From an uncultured Oscillospiraceae bacterium (GTDB taxonomy: Bacteria > Bacillota > Clostridia > Oscillospirales > Oscillospiraceae), in contig CAYLKH010000001.1 in assembly GCA_964384255.1 (NCBI GenBank), forward strand, positions 10,668-74,667: 64,000 nucleotides of DNA, given 5' to 3'. The translations under genes were made by a program, and so were the position numbers. The stretch's first letter is position 1. Each line of letters opens with the position of its first letter. Of this stretch, positions 1 through 8,775 are shown one piece after another. The notes beneath the pieces were generated by a model. The model was not told where the DNA came from, did not search any database, and was given only the letters and a program-made list of their open reading frames with translations.

Positions 1-959
1 TAGAATTCCTTGTTGATGATGCCGTCGGCGTAAAGCTGAGCCAGCAGCTGGATGTATTCGCGATAACCGTCGGTGGTCATGCCGCTGATAAGGGTATCGC
101 CCTCACGGAACATGGCGATATCGGTGCCGGAAACGCCGAAAATGGCTGTGCCGTAGGCAGAGCTGGCGAAGTCGATGGAGCAGCCGGGGCCAACGGTGAT
201 GGTATGGGTGCAGCCGTAAGTTTCTTTAAGGGTGTAGGCCAGGTCGATCATGTCGGCAAAGGTGTTGGGCAGTTCAAGCCCCAGCTCATCCAGCCAGTCG
301 CCACGGGTCCACATACCGCTGTCGGACATACTGCTCTTTTTGAAGGAGGCCAGGTTAAGGAATCTTCCGTCAACAGTGGCGGCGGTCATGCCGTCGACAC
401 CGTAGGTTTGCAGCTCAGCCCAGAAATCGGGGGCGTGTTCTTCAACGATGTCGCTCAGGTCGATAATGACTTCGTCAATAAAAGCCTGAGCCATACCGCC
501 GGTGTAGTTGCTGCAAGGCAGGAAGTCGGTGTAGTCGCCACCGGCGATCATCAGGTTATACTGTTCGGTAGATACGGTGCTGCTGACCTCCTGGAATTTC
601 AGCAGAACGCCGGTCTGCTCCTGAACGTATTTAACGGTGGGCTTGTCGTTAAAGGAGCTGTAGAAGTTGCCAAAAGCGTTGGAGTCGAAGGATGCCCACA
701 TGGTAAGCACGTCGTTTTCGCCGTCGCCAATGGGATACTGGATAACGTACTGGGGTTCTTCTTCCACCGCCGCCTCTTCCGCGGCGGGAGCATCCTCTGC
801 GGGGGCTTCGTCCCCGGCGGACTCAGCTGCCGGAGCAGCAGAGACTTCTTCCACGGCGGTGTCACTGGCTTCGGTGGATGATTCGCCGGAGGAGCAGCCT
901 GCCATGAGACAGAAGAGCATCACGAGGGCAAGAAGCAATGCAAGCAGTTTTCTTTTCAT
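1..959 (-). CDS. ABC transporter extracellular solute-binding lipoprotein (family 1, sugar/oligosaccharide type); N-terminus present, C-terminal part runs off the left edge
   Basis: Absent from the ORF track because it is open to the window edge. Reverse translation from ATG 959-957 gives MKRKLLALLLALVMLFCLMAGCSSGESS (signal peptide plus lipobox), an acidic Ala/Glu linker, then ...QYNLMIAGGDYTDF...GMWTRGDWLDELGL... The listed + ORF 204..881 is its antisense shadow. Confidence 0.7.
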   Translation of the reverse strand, partial: MKRKLLALLLALVMLFCLMAGCSSGESSTEASDTAVEEVSAAPAAESAGDEAPAEDAPAAEEAAVEEEPQYVIQYPIGDGENDVLTMWASFDSNAFGNFYSSFNDKPTVKYVQEQTGVLLKFQEVSSTVSTEQYNLMIAGGDYTDFLPCSNYTGGMAQAFIDEVIIDLSDIVEEHAPDFWAELQTYGVDGMTAATVDGRFLNLASFKKSSMSDSGMWTRGDWLDELGLELPNTFADMIDLAYTLKETYGCTHTITVGPGCSIDFASSAYGTAIFGVSGTDIAMFREGDTLISGMTTDGYREYIQLLAQLYADGIINKEF

Positions 960-981
960 TTTTTTCTCTTCCTTTCTTCAA

Positions 982-1001
982 TTTAGCAAAATTTTGCTAA
1001 A
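982..1001. promoter_or_regulatory. Perfect 20-bp palindrome, candidate operator upstream of the binding-protein gene
   Basis: TTTAGCAAAATTTTGCTAAA is its own reverse complement. It lies about 23 nt upstream of the start codon at 959, in the divergent region shared with tctB. Confidence 0.35.
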
Positions 1002-1203
1002 CTAATTTTACCATAAACCGAAAGCTTTTCAACACAAAATCGTTTCAAAAACTTCGTCAAATCATCAAAAAACCATGGCAAAAGTTTGGTTAATTTAGCC
1101 GACAGCATATCCGAATCCCTCTGGATGCTGCTCATTGAGGTAAGGAGCAAAGGTGCTATTGTGGTCATAATGCGCCTTTGCTGTTTAATTTGTGCTTAAT
1201 CTA

Positions 1204-1232
1204 TTGACCTTGGTATTATACCATGGTTTAAT
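1204..1232 (+). promoter_or_regulatory. Candidate sigma-A promoter for tctBAC
   Basis: TTGACC (1204-1209), 17-nt spacer, TTTAAT (1227-1232). Confidence 0.4.
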
Positions 1233-1265
1233 ATATAAAGTTTATACATATGAGGAGGAAGACCT

Positions 1266-1724
1266 GTGACGCTGAGTGAAAGCAAGTCCGAACGTATTCT
1301 GGGGGGGACGTTTTTGGTTGTGGGAATAGTGCTGTATTTTGTTATTATTCCCTGGCAAATCAAAGATGTTGGCGCGGAATTTCCTACTCCGCGCTCATTT
1401 CCAAACCTGCTGGCGGGAATTCTGGCTGTGTTGGGAGCGGTGATGCTGTGTTCAGGATACAGAAAAAAGGATCGGCCTGACGAAGCGACGTATTCCATGA
1501 CCCGGGCAGAAATTGGCCTGGTATTGGCGACGTTGGGACTGATGACGGTCTATGTCATATCTTTGTATTTTGTTCCATATATTCCCGCTACAATTGTAAT
1601 ACTGGCCCTTATGATGCTTATTTATGGTCAACGTGATCCACGCAAGCTGGTTATCACATCGTTGATAGTGCCGGTGGCAATTTTCCTGGCATTTACCTAC
1701 GTTCTTAAATTCAAAATGCCCTGA
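1266..1724 (+). CDS. tctB: Tripartite tricarboxylate transporter small membrane subunit (TctB family)
   Basis: 152 aa with about 4 hydrophobic helices, GTG start preceded by GAGGAGG, directly upstream of TctA and TctC homologues. Confidence 0.7.
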   Translation: MTLSESKSERILGGTFLVVGIVLYFVIIPWQIKDVGAEFPTPRSFPNLLAGILAVLGAVMLCSGYRKKDRPDEATYSMTRAEIGLVLATLGLMTVYVISLYFVPYIPATIVILALMMLIYGQRDPRKLVITSLIVPVAIFLAFTYVLKFKMP

Positions 1725-1738
1725 AGGAGGTCTGACCG

Positions 1739-3250
1739 TTGGACGTTTTAGCTGCTCTTGCTACCGGATTTGGCGAGGTCATGCAGTTTTCCAATCTGAT
1801 ATACCTGGTCATAGGTGTTGTGGTAGGTGTGATAATGGGAGCCATACCCGGGTTGACAGCCACTATGGCCATTACTCTGATCATCCCCCTGACTTATTAC
1901 CTCACTCCAACCCAGTCGCTTATTATGCTGCTGGCTGCTTATAATGCGGGTAATTTTGGCGGATCCATATCCGCAATACTGATTTCGACCCCCGGCACTC
2001 CCGCCGCCGCTGCAACTGTGGCCGATGGTTATGGGCTTGCCCGGAAGGGACAGGGGGCAAAGGCTATAAAAGCTGCCCTTTACAGCTCGTGCTTTGGATG
2101 CCTTTTCAGTTCTATTGTTCTCATTCTGATAGCTCAGCCGATCGCTAAATATGCACTCAAATTTGGTCCCGCCGAATACACTGTGCTTATGGTGTTTTCC
2201 CTTACTATAATTGCTTCTGCTGCTCAAAGATCTATGGTCAAGGGGCTTATAGGAGGAGTATTGGGTCTGCTGTTTGGCTGTGTTGGAACCGATTCCATGT
2301 ATACGATTCCTCGTCTGAGCTTTGGAGTTTTGAAGCTTTACAGCGGTATTGACTTGGTGGTCATGCTCATAGGATCGCTGGCAGTTTCTCAGCTGCTTGT
2401 TCAAATCGAGAAGGTTGCTTCCGGATGGAAGGAGGCTCAGCTGCCTCCTGCATCATGCAGGGACGATAAGCGCTTTACCCTGGCAGACCTTAAAACCTGC
2501 TTCAAAACCTGGCTCAGGTCATCAGCCATTGGATGTGCTATCGGCGCTTTGCCGGGGCTTGGCCCGGCGCTTGCCTGCTACGTTGGCTATGATGCGGCAA
2601 AGCGAAGCTCCAAAACCCCGGAAAAGTTCGGCACTGGCTATATCGAGGGCGTTGCCGCTGCCGAGGCCGCTAACAATGCCGTGGTGGGAGCCAACATGAT
2701 CCCTCTGCTTTCTCTTGGGGTTCCGGGGGACACCGGTGCTGCGGTGCTTATTGGTGCGTTCCTTGTTCAGGGGCTGACTCCCGGACCACTTATCTTTACC
2801 GAATCGCCCCAAACGGTATACAACGTCTACGCCGGGCTTATTATCTGCAATCTGGTATTGCTGGTAGTAGTGCTGGCAACATACAGGTTGTTTGTCCGCC
2901 TGTGCAGTCTTGAAACAACCATAATTTTCCCCGTTGTGGCAATCTTTTGCATCATTGGAGTTTATGCTCTCAATTCGACTTTTGCTGATGTGTGGATAAT
3001 GATGTTTTTTGCAGTTATTGGATACATACTTATAAAGTTCGATTTTCCAACCACTACCATGCTGGTAGGCTTTATACTTTCGCCTCTTTTCGAAAAGAAT
3101 TTTCGCCGGGCGCTGACGCTTTCTGATGGAGATTTTTCCACCTTCTTTTCGTCACCGCTGTGCTGGATATTCTGGATAATAACTGCTGTTTCCCTTGTCT
3201 GCATTATCAGAAGCAAAAGAAAAAACAAGAATCTTAGCAACGGACTGTAA
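1739..3250 (+). CDS. tctA: Tripartite tricarboxylate transporter large permease (TctA family)
   Basis: 503-aa polytopic protein. N-terminal GAIPGLTATMAITLIIPLTYYL and later GALPGLGPALACYVGYDAAKR blocks are typical of TctA. TTG start with GAAGGAGG 8 nt upstream. Confidence 0.88.
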   Translation: MDVLAALATGFGEVMQFSNLIYLVIGVVVGVIMGAIPGLTATMAITLIIPLTYYLTPTQSLIMLLAAYNAGNFGGSISAILISTPGTPAAAATVADGYGLARKGQGAKAIKAALYSSCFGCLFSSIVLILIAQPIAKYALKFGPAEYTVLMVFSLTIIASAAQRSMVKGLIGGVLGLLFGCVGTDSMYTIPRLSFGVLKLYSGIDLVVMLIGSLAVSQLLVQIEKVASGWKEAQLPPASCRDDKRFTLADLKTCFKTWLRSSAIGCAIGALPGLGPALACYVGYDAAKRSSKTPEKFGTGYIEGVAAAEAANNAVVGANMIPLLSLGVPGDTGAAVLIGAFLVQGLTPGPLIFTESPQTVYNVYAGLIICNLVLLVVVLATYRLFVRLCSLETTIIFPVVAIFCIIGVYALNSTFADVWIMMFFAVIGYILIKFDFPTTTMLVGFILSPLFEKNFRRALTLSDGDFSTFFSSPLCWIFWIITAVSLVCIIRSKRKNKNLSNGL

Positions 3251-3311
3251 AGCTGAGTGATCGATGATGTAATCAGGGTTACCTGGAATATGCAATATAA
3301 GGAGAATGAAC

Positions 3312-4250
3312 ATGAAAAAGCTTTTATCTGGCCTTTTGGCGTGCCTTATTACCCTTGCGCTTTGCTCTGGCTGTTCTGCTGACACGGATATCTATCCAAA
3401 CGGCAATATCACCATGATAGTTAATTACAGCGCCGGTGGCGGCACCGATATTGCTGCCCGGGCGATGGCAGATGTTGCAGCAAAGGAGCTTGGGGTCGCA
3501 ATAACTGCAAGCAATGTTACCGGAGGCACCGGAACGGTTGGGGTTGCCGAACTGGCTAACAGAAAAAACGATGGCTACACTATTGGGGTTGCCTCACTGT
3601 CGCCTCTGGCGCTGTTGCCGTGGGTCCTTGAGGTGCCGTATACCCCCGATGATTTTGAATATATCTGCGCCTTTGGACAATATGGTTTTGGAATCGTTGT
3701 AGGGAAGGATTCGCCCTATGACACCCTTGACCAGCTTCTGGAGGCTGCCAGAGACGGTGAGATCAAATGCGGAGCTACCGGTTATCCCCAGCCATTTACT
3801 ATGGACGAACTTAATGAAGCAAGTGGCAGCCAGCTTTCTTTTGTGTCCTATCCAAGTACTACCGATCTGATCACCGATGTGCTGGGCGGGTTTATACCCT
3901 GCGCCATATGCGATGAAGCGTCCTTTACTACCTATGTTGAGGACGGGTCGATGAAGCTGCTGGCATCTGCTACTGATAAACCCTGGGCCTGCGCTCCAGA
4001 GGTTCCGACTCTTCTAGATCTGGGATATGACATCAGTATCATGTCGTATATGGGCCTTTGCGTCCCTGCCGGGACCGACGAAGCGATAGTTACTCAGCTT
4101 CGTGAGGTTTTTGAACTGGCCTGCAAGGACGAAACCTTTATCGAAACCATCGAAAACGGAAACCTTGTTCCCACATATATGAGCGGGCAGGAATATGAAA
4201 GCCTGGTATACGAAAAATACGAAGAATACAGGACGCTGCTGGCGGACTGA
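3312..4250 (+). CDS. tctC: Tripartite tricarboxylate transporter substrate-binding lipoprotein (TctC/Bug family)
   Basis: MKKLLSGLLACLITLALCSGC lipobox, then NGNITMIVNYSAGGGTDIAARAMA, typical of the Bug/TctC fold. Second ATG chosen because AAGGAGA lies 7 nt upstream; the ORF track starts at 3306. Confidence 0.82.
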   Translation: MKKLLSGLLACLITLALCSGCSADTDIYPNGNITMIVNYSAGGGTDIAARAMADVAAKELGVAITASNVTGGTGTVGVAELANRKNDGYTIGVASLSPLALLPWVLEVPYTPDDFEYICAFGQYGFGIVVGKDSPYDTLDQLLEAARDGEIKCGATGYPQPFTMDELNEASGSQLSFVSYPSTTDLITDVLGGFIPCAICDEASFTTYVEDGSMKLLASATDKPWACAPEVPTLLDLGYDISIMSYMGLCVPAGTDEAIVTQLREVFELACKDETFIETIENGNLVPTYMSGQEYESLVYEKYEEYRTLLAD

Positions 4251-4268
4251 GCTGGAGAAAATATTTTT

Positions 4269-4312
4269 ATCGGGAAAGCCTTCGATTAAGGTTGAAGCTT
4301 TCCCGATTTTCT
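4269..4312 (+). terminator. Intrinsic terminator after tctC
   Basis: ATCGGGAAAGC ... GCTTTCCCGAT stem followed by TTTT. Confidence 0.55.
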
Positions 4313-4358
4313 GCTAAAATATTTAGTATTGAAAAGAAAATCAGAAAGGATGAAATCA

Positions 4359-6416
4359 ATGGCAACTGCATATCCAAACCTTACCAAACCCATAAAGATC
4401 GGAACCTCCATGGTAAAGTCCCGGTTTCTCTATCCCTGCGCCCAGCCTCATTTCCTCCAGGGCCCGGAGCTTTATCCCGCAGACCCTGTAACCAGCTATT
4501 ATGCGTCGCTGGCCAAAAACGGCGCGGGCATCATGCTTTTCCACGATCTGGCCAACGACTATCAGCGCTCAACCGGCGGCTTCGATATCGTCCACTTCGC
4601 CATGTATGATATCAACGACAAGGGCTGCCAGAACTATTTTACCCATTTTACCCACATGGTCCATTATTACGGCGGCAAGATAATTTCTTCCATGAACACC
4701 GACATGACCGTGTCATACACCGTCAACGATCCTGCGTCGTCACCCATGGGCCACGGTATGCCGTCCGAACCTCCCTATGACCCCAATGACGAAGACGCTC
4801 TGCAATTTACCTTTGGCTCCCTTGTGGGACCCGAGGGGGTCGACCCGTCCCTGAAATCTCTGGGCAATTCCGCCCCGCCGTCCATGTTCACCGCCGAGAC
4901 TATCGACGAATACATAACCATGTGGATAGACCGGGCAAAGCTGTATAAGAGCCTGGGCTTCGACGGCGGCCTGATTGAGCTGGGGCGCTTCATCGGTCAG
5001 TTCTTCCGGGAAAGCTCTAACCACCGCACTGACGAATACGGCGGCAGCAGAGAAAACCGCGAACGTTTTGTCCATCAGTTCCTGGGCCGTGTGCGCAAGG
5101 AGCTGGGCAAGGACTTTATGGTAGTTGCCAGCTGCCCCGGCATAGCTATCGAGGGCGTTAAGCCCGGCCACGGCGAGATATGGCCTCTGGACGAGCTGGT
5201 GGATCTGCTTAAGGTCGTTACCCCATATGTCGATCTGCTTAATATTCGCCTGAGCAACAGCGAAAACCTGAGCGAAGAAGAAGCCGCCATGTATCCCTGC
5301 GCTTCCGCTATCGTTGGCCGTAAGCTGAAAGACGCAGGCGTTACTATCCCCATTGCCGGCAGCACCACATATTACGATCTGGAAACCAACGAAAAAACTC
5401 TCGCCTCCGGCGATCTTGACCTTATCTGCTCCAACCATATGTTCATGTGCAACGAGCATCTGGGCGATATCCTCAAATCCGGCCGCGGGCAGGACCTGAA
5501 CCCATGTATTCTCTGCCACCAGTGCCGCGGCGTTAGCTGGACCGGCCACTGGATGAGCCATTGTACTCTGAACCCCGAAATGGGTATGGAATACCGGAAG
5601 GATAAGATGATCGCTCCGGTAACAAAGCAGAAAAAAGTCGCCATTATCGGCGGCGGCCCCGGCGGCATGAAGGCTGCCATGTATCTTAAGGACAGGGGAC
5701 ACACCCCCGTCATATTTGAAAAATCCGATGCCCTTGGCGGCCAGATTAAGGCGGTGGAATCCCTTGACTTCAAGTGGAGACTGAACCGCTATCGCAAATT
5801 CCTGATTAACCAGATGAGCGAAAAGAATATCGAGGTCCGTCTGGGTGTTGAAGCAACTCCGGAAATGATCGAAGCCGAAGGCTTTGACGTATGTATCGCC
5901 GCCGTGGGCGCAACCGCCGCACTTCCCGCTATCGAAGGCGCGGAGACTGCACGGTGGACAGCCTTCAGCGTTCTTGGCCACGAAGCCGAGGTGGGCAAAA
6001 ACGTAGTGGTCGTCGGCGGCGCATCCACCGCTGCGGAGGCCGCTATCTACCTTGCCAGAGCCGGTCATAACGTGACCCAGATCTGCCGCAAGAATATCGT
6101 TGCCTACGAGCTGAACCCCATCCGCGAACGGGGCAATGTTAACCAGATGTCTCTGGATGCCGGGGTCAAGCATAAGAGACTTTGCACCACCACCAGGATC
6201 GAACCCGGCAAGGTCACCTATGTTGACCGCCACGGAGTGGAGCATACCATCGAATGTGACGACGTGGTGATCTCCGGCGGTACCGAGCCGTCTATCGAGC
6301 TGGCCGCATCATTCCATGGCTGCGCTCCCGAGTATTATGCCATCGGCGACTGCCGCCAGAGCGGAAATATGCGCGATGCCATATTCGACGCTTATGCGAC
6401 CTGTATGCAGATATAA
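4359..6416 (+). CDS. OYE-like FMN domain fused to an FAD/NAD(P)-binding domain (2-enoate reductase / 2,4-dienoyl-CoA reductase family)
   Basis: N-terminal TIM-barrel OYE-like region, CILCHQCRGVSWTGHWMSHCTLNP (4Fe-4S Cx2Cx2C...C motif), then KVAIIGGGPGGMKAAMYLKDRGH and VVVVGGASTAAEAAIYLARAGH dinucleotide folds. Start ATG 4359 follows AGGA; the ORF track starts at TTG 4329. Confidence 0.85.
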   Translation: MATAYPNLTKPIKIGTSMVKSRFLYPCAQPHFLQGPELYPADPVTSYYASLAKNGAGIMLFHDLANDYQRSTGGFDIVHFAMYDINDKGCQNYFTHFTHMVHYYGGKIISSMNTDMTVSYTVNDPASSPMGHGMPSEPPYDPNDEDALQFTFGSLVGPEGVDPSLKSLGNSAPPSMFTAETIDEYITMWIDRAKLYKSLGFDGGLIELGRFIGQFFRESSNHRTDEYGGSRENRERFVHQFLGRVRKELGKDFMVVASCPGIAIEGVKPGHGEIWPLDELVDLLKVVTPYVDLLNIRLSNSENLSEEEAAMYPCASAIVGRKLKDAGVTIPIAGSTTYYDLETNEKTLASGDLDLICSNHMFMCNEHLGDILKSGRGQDLNPCILCHQCRGVSWTGHWMSHCTLNPEMGMEYRKDKMIAPVTKQKKVAIIGGGPGGMKAAMYLKDRGHTPVIFEKSDALGGQIKAVESLDFKWRLNRYRKFLINQMSEKNIEVRLGVEATPEMIEAEGFDVCIAAVGATAALPAIEGAETARWTAFSVLGHEAEVGKNVVVVGGASTAAEAAIYLARAGHNVTQICRKNIVAYELNPIRERGNVNQMSLDAGVKHKRLCTTTRIEPGKVTYVDRHGVEHTIECDDVVISGGTEPSIELAASFHGCAPEYYAIGDCRQSGNMRDAIFDAYATCMQI

Positions 6417-6431
6417 TCAACAAATAACACC

Positions 6432-6465
6432 AAAAAGGCTGCCTCACTAAAGAGGCAGCCTTTTT
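6432..6465. terminator. Bidirectional terminator between convergent genes
   Basis: AAAAAGGCTGCCTC actaaa GAGGCAGCCTTTTT, a 14-bp stem flanked by an A-run and a T-run. Confidence 0.7.
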
Positions 6466-6474
6466 GCGCTCTGG

Positions 6475-8421
6475 TTATTCAATATCGAGAGTAATAAGCC
6501 CTGTATAGGTGCCTGGGACGGCGTCCACAGCAGCGCCGTCAACGGTCATGGTCAGCTTTTTGCCGCCCTGGCCGACTATCTGACAATCCTGGCCGATGGT
6601 CAGCCCGGTCAGCAGGCTTTTGCCGGTGACTTCCCATATTGCCCCGTTTTCCAGCTTTACTATAACGCCGTTGTTCAGAGGGGCGGAGGGAGTGATGTCT
6701 ACCACGCCCAGATACTGGGGATCGGTGTACCATATGCCGTAGCCTGCAAGGGGCAGGGTCTGGCCGTCGTCGGAATATTTGAATCCGCCATTTCCGTCTT
6801 CCACAGGCAGGGTATATTCCTTGGGCATTTTGCCAAACAGAAGGTCTTCAACAGTTTCGGTCACATATTTTCTGCCGTCCTTATCGGTGCAGACCTTTTT
6901 GCCGTCGCCGTCATAGGCGATGCCATAGGAGAAATCCCTGTGGCGATAATCGGCGGAGGATATGATGCCGGTGAGCTTTGTCCTGTCAAATACCAGAGAA
7001 AGGTTTTGACCGTTGATATATTTGGTGTTATAAAAATCGCCGGTAAGCTCCATGTTTTTGTAGCAGGAGTGGACAGTGCCTTCGGCGTTTTCGTCGGTAA
7101 TGTTGAAATTTTCCACTTTTTTGCGTTCAAAGAAGAATTCGCCGTTGGGCGCCCAGCACTTGTCGTGGGTCCGCACACCCATGCCCGGGTCGTCGCTTTC
7201 CATCAGATGGAGAATGACCGGAGATTTGATGGTGACACCGTCGCACAAAATGGTGGGGCTGTTGAGCCGCTGATCGCTCTTGATAAGGAAGGCAGCTTCC
7301 CCCGCTTCGATAACGGTGCCGGGACGGATGTCAAAGGTACCGGTGGACTGGTGGTGCCACATACCGGCAAAACGTTTTGTTTTGATGACGCAGGGCTTTT
7401 CTTCCACGTTTTCAAGGCCGACTTCGCTGTCCAGCTGAGCCAGAAGCTCGGCCCGTTCTTTCAGGTTTTCCTGACTGCTGGGACCGACGATGGCGAGATT
7501 TTCGTTGCCGCCAACGGAGAAAACGTAGTCCGGTACGTCAAATTCGCAGCCCAGGAAGGTAGAGGTGGTGCCGCCCAGAATGTAGGCGCAGTAGCCGCTG
7601 GCATAGCCTTTGTCGCCGGGGATAGATGCCTTGACGTTTATCATATTATGGACAGCGCCCCTGGTGCCGTCTACCGAAAGGACGCCCCAGCCGTTGCAGG
7701 TCAGGCGGGTATTGTAATAGGTGACGTTGGCCGCTTCAAGAACATTGGTTGCCCGGAGAGTTCCCCGCAGACCAAGGACCCAGGGTACCTCAGACAGATG
7801 GGGGTGCTTTGCGTACCAGTCGGCGTTGTCGGTGCCTTCGCATTCGATGGTGCTGTCTTTAACCAGAACCTTTGACTGACCGGCGGCAGCAACGGCGGTG
7901 GCGATAACGCCTCTGGTCCTGATATCGGTGTTGGAAACAATAACTTCCGCGTCGCCCCCAACGGCTATGGCGCTGCCCCAAAGCTGGAAATCGTCGCCGC
8001 CATTGCCGGTATAATCCATCACGGTTCCGTCCACAGTGATTTTGCCGCCGTCGGCAGAAACGCAATTGAAGCAGTTGCCTTTAACAGTTATCTTGCCGCC
8101 GGAAATGCCGCTGTCGCTGATGGAAGCGCCGGATATGGCGGGCAGGACAGAGGCCGAACGCATCAGACCGTCGCTGCCGAACATGGCGGCACTGCGATAG
8201 GAGTTTTCAAATCCGCACCAGCTGTCCACCGCGTCCGCAACGGTGATGACGATATTGCCTTCATAGCTGCCGGGAACAAAGTCGGCCAAAGCTCCGTTGA
8301 CAGTCATAATGGCGCACTTGCCCTCGGGGGCGGTTATTTCGCCGCCGTCTTCAATGGTCAGGCCACCTAAGGTGGTGGAGCTTTCTACCAGCCAGGTCTC
8401 GCCTTTTTTAATGGTTTTCAT
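6475..8421 (-). CDS. Beta-helix family protein, paralogue P1 (no Gly/Pro cassette), function unknown
   Basis: 648 aa with no signal peptide. Shares blocks with 52833..54947 and 61369..62826: GGDDFQLWGSAIAV, VPWVLGLRGTLRAT, NGWGVLSVDGTRG, LMESDDPGMG, and a C-terminal module NGAIWEVTGKSLLTGLTI...VDGAAVDAVPGTYTGLITL. Confidence 0.8.
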   Translation of the reverse strand: MKTIKKGETWLVESSTTLGGLTIEDGGEITAPEGKCAIMTVNGALADFVPGSYEGNIVITVADAVDSWCGFENSYRSAAMFGSDGLMRSASVLPAISGASISDSGISGGKITVKGNCFNCVSADGGKITVDGTVMDYTGNGGDDFQLWGSAIAVGGDAEVIVSNTDIRTRGVIATAVAAAGQSKVLVKDSTIECEGTDNADWYAKHPHLSEVPWVLGLRGTLRATNVLEAANVTYYNTRLTCNGWGVLSVDGTRGAVHNMINVKASIPGDKGYASGYCAYILGGTTSTFLGCEFDVPDYVFSVGGNENLAIVGPSSQENLKERAELLAQLDSEVGLENVEEKPCVIKTKRFAGMWHHQSTGTFDIRPGTVIEAGEAAFLIKSDQRLNSPTILCDGVTIKSPVILHLMESDDPGMGVRTHDKCWAPNGEFFFERKKVENFNITDENAEGTVHSCYKNMELTGDFYNTKYINGQNLSLVFDRTKLTGIISSADYRHRDFSYGIAYDGDGKKVCTDKDGRKYVTETVEDLLFGKMPKEYTLPVEDGNGGFKYSDDGQTLPLAGYGIWYTDPQYLGVVDITPSAPLNNGVIVKLENGAIWEVTGKSLLTGLTIGQDCQIVGQGGKKLTMTVDGAAVDAVPGTYTGLITLDIE

Positions 8422-8457
8422 ATTGCAGTTCCTTTCTTTTCAATCAACTTCACTATT

Positions 8458-8486
8458 AATATATCAGGGCTGAATAAGGTTGTCAA
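8458..8486 (-). promoter_or_regulatory. Candidate sigma-A promoter for P1
   Basis: On the minus strand: TTGACA (8486-8481), 17 nt, TATATT (8463-8458). Confidence 0.45.
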
Positions 8487-8496
8487 ATTCTATTAG

Positions 8497-8764
8497 AGGT
8501 TAGGATTCAGGATTTAGGGGTTAGGGAAAATAGCCGATAGCCAGTGCGTTTGACGCAGCGATGAAGTCACGCAAGGGGGAAAATCGTCACGGCGATTTGC
8601 CCTTGCAGTCAAATAAATCGGGTCAGGATAAGGTTGTCAATTTGTATGTTTTAGAGTATTATGGGGGTCAGGGATGCACGCCGGATAACAGATAACAGAT
8701 AACAGATGAGGTGTGCCTGCGGCACAGATTTGATTTTTTCTCTTCCCTATTCCCTAACCCCTAA
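8497..8764. repeat. TTAGGG-arm inverted-repeat element, copy A
   Basis: Left arm GAGGTTAGGATTCAGGATTTAGGGGTTAGGG (8497-8526), right arm CCCTATTCCCTAACCCCTAA (8745-8764). The core has a diverged CGCAAGGGGGAAAATCGTCACGGCG block (8570-8594), GATAACA x3 (8685-8705) and a GTGCCTGCGGCAC hairpin. Confidence 0.6.
8634..8662 (+). promoter_or_regulatory. Candidate promoter for alaX-L, inside repeat copy A
   Basis: TTGTCA, 17 nt, TATTAT. The resulting ~105-nt 5' UTR contains GGGGTCAGGGA, which can pair with TCCCTAACCCC next to the RBS. Confidence 0.4.
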
Positions 8765-8775
8765 AGGAGTATACC

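Noticed and set aside
4740-6245. A 501-aa minus-strand ORF, and similar long ORFs at 204..881, 6940..7875, 8788..9531, 13841..14953, 19398..20321, 23515..24540, 28384..29196, 29379..30356, 32828..33757, 34618..35556, 41803..42828, 53076..54059, 57459..58451, 58511..59719 and 59786..60808.
   Set aside because: Each lies antisense to, or out of frame with, a gene whose product has clear family motifs. Their translations are Gly/Ala/Val/Arg-rich with no recognisable motif, as expected for shadow ORFs in GC-rich coding DNA.
8497-8526. TTAGGG-type repeats as a true telomere or the end of a linear replicon.
   Set aside because: The units are short, degenerate and internal. They are always matched by an inverted partner a few hundred bp away and are flanked by ordinary chromosomal genes on both sides.
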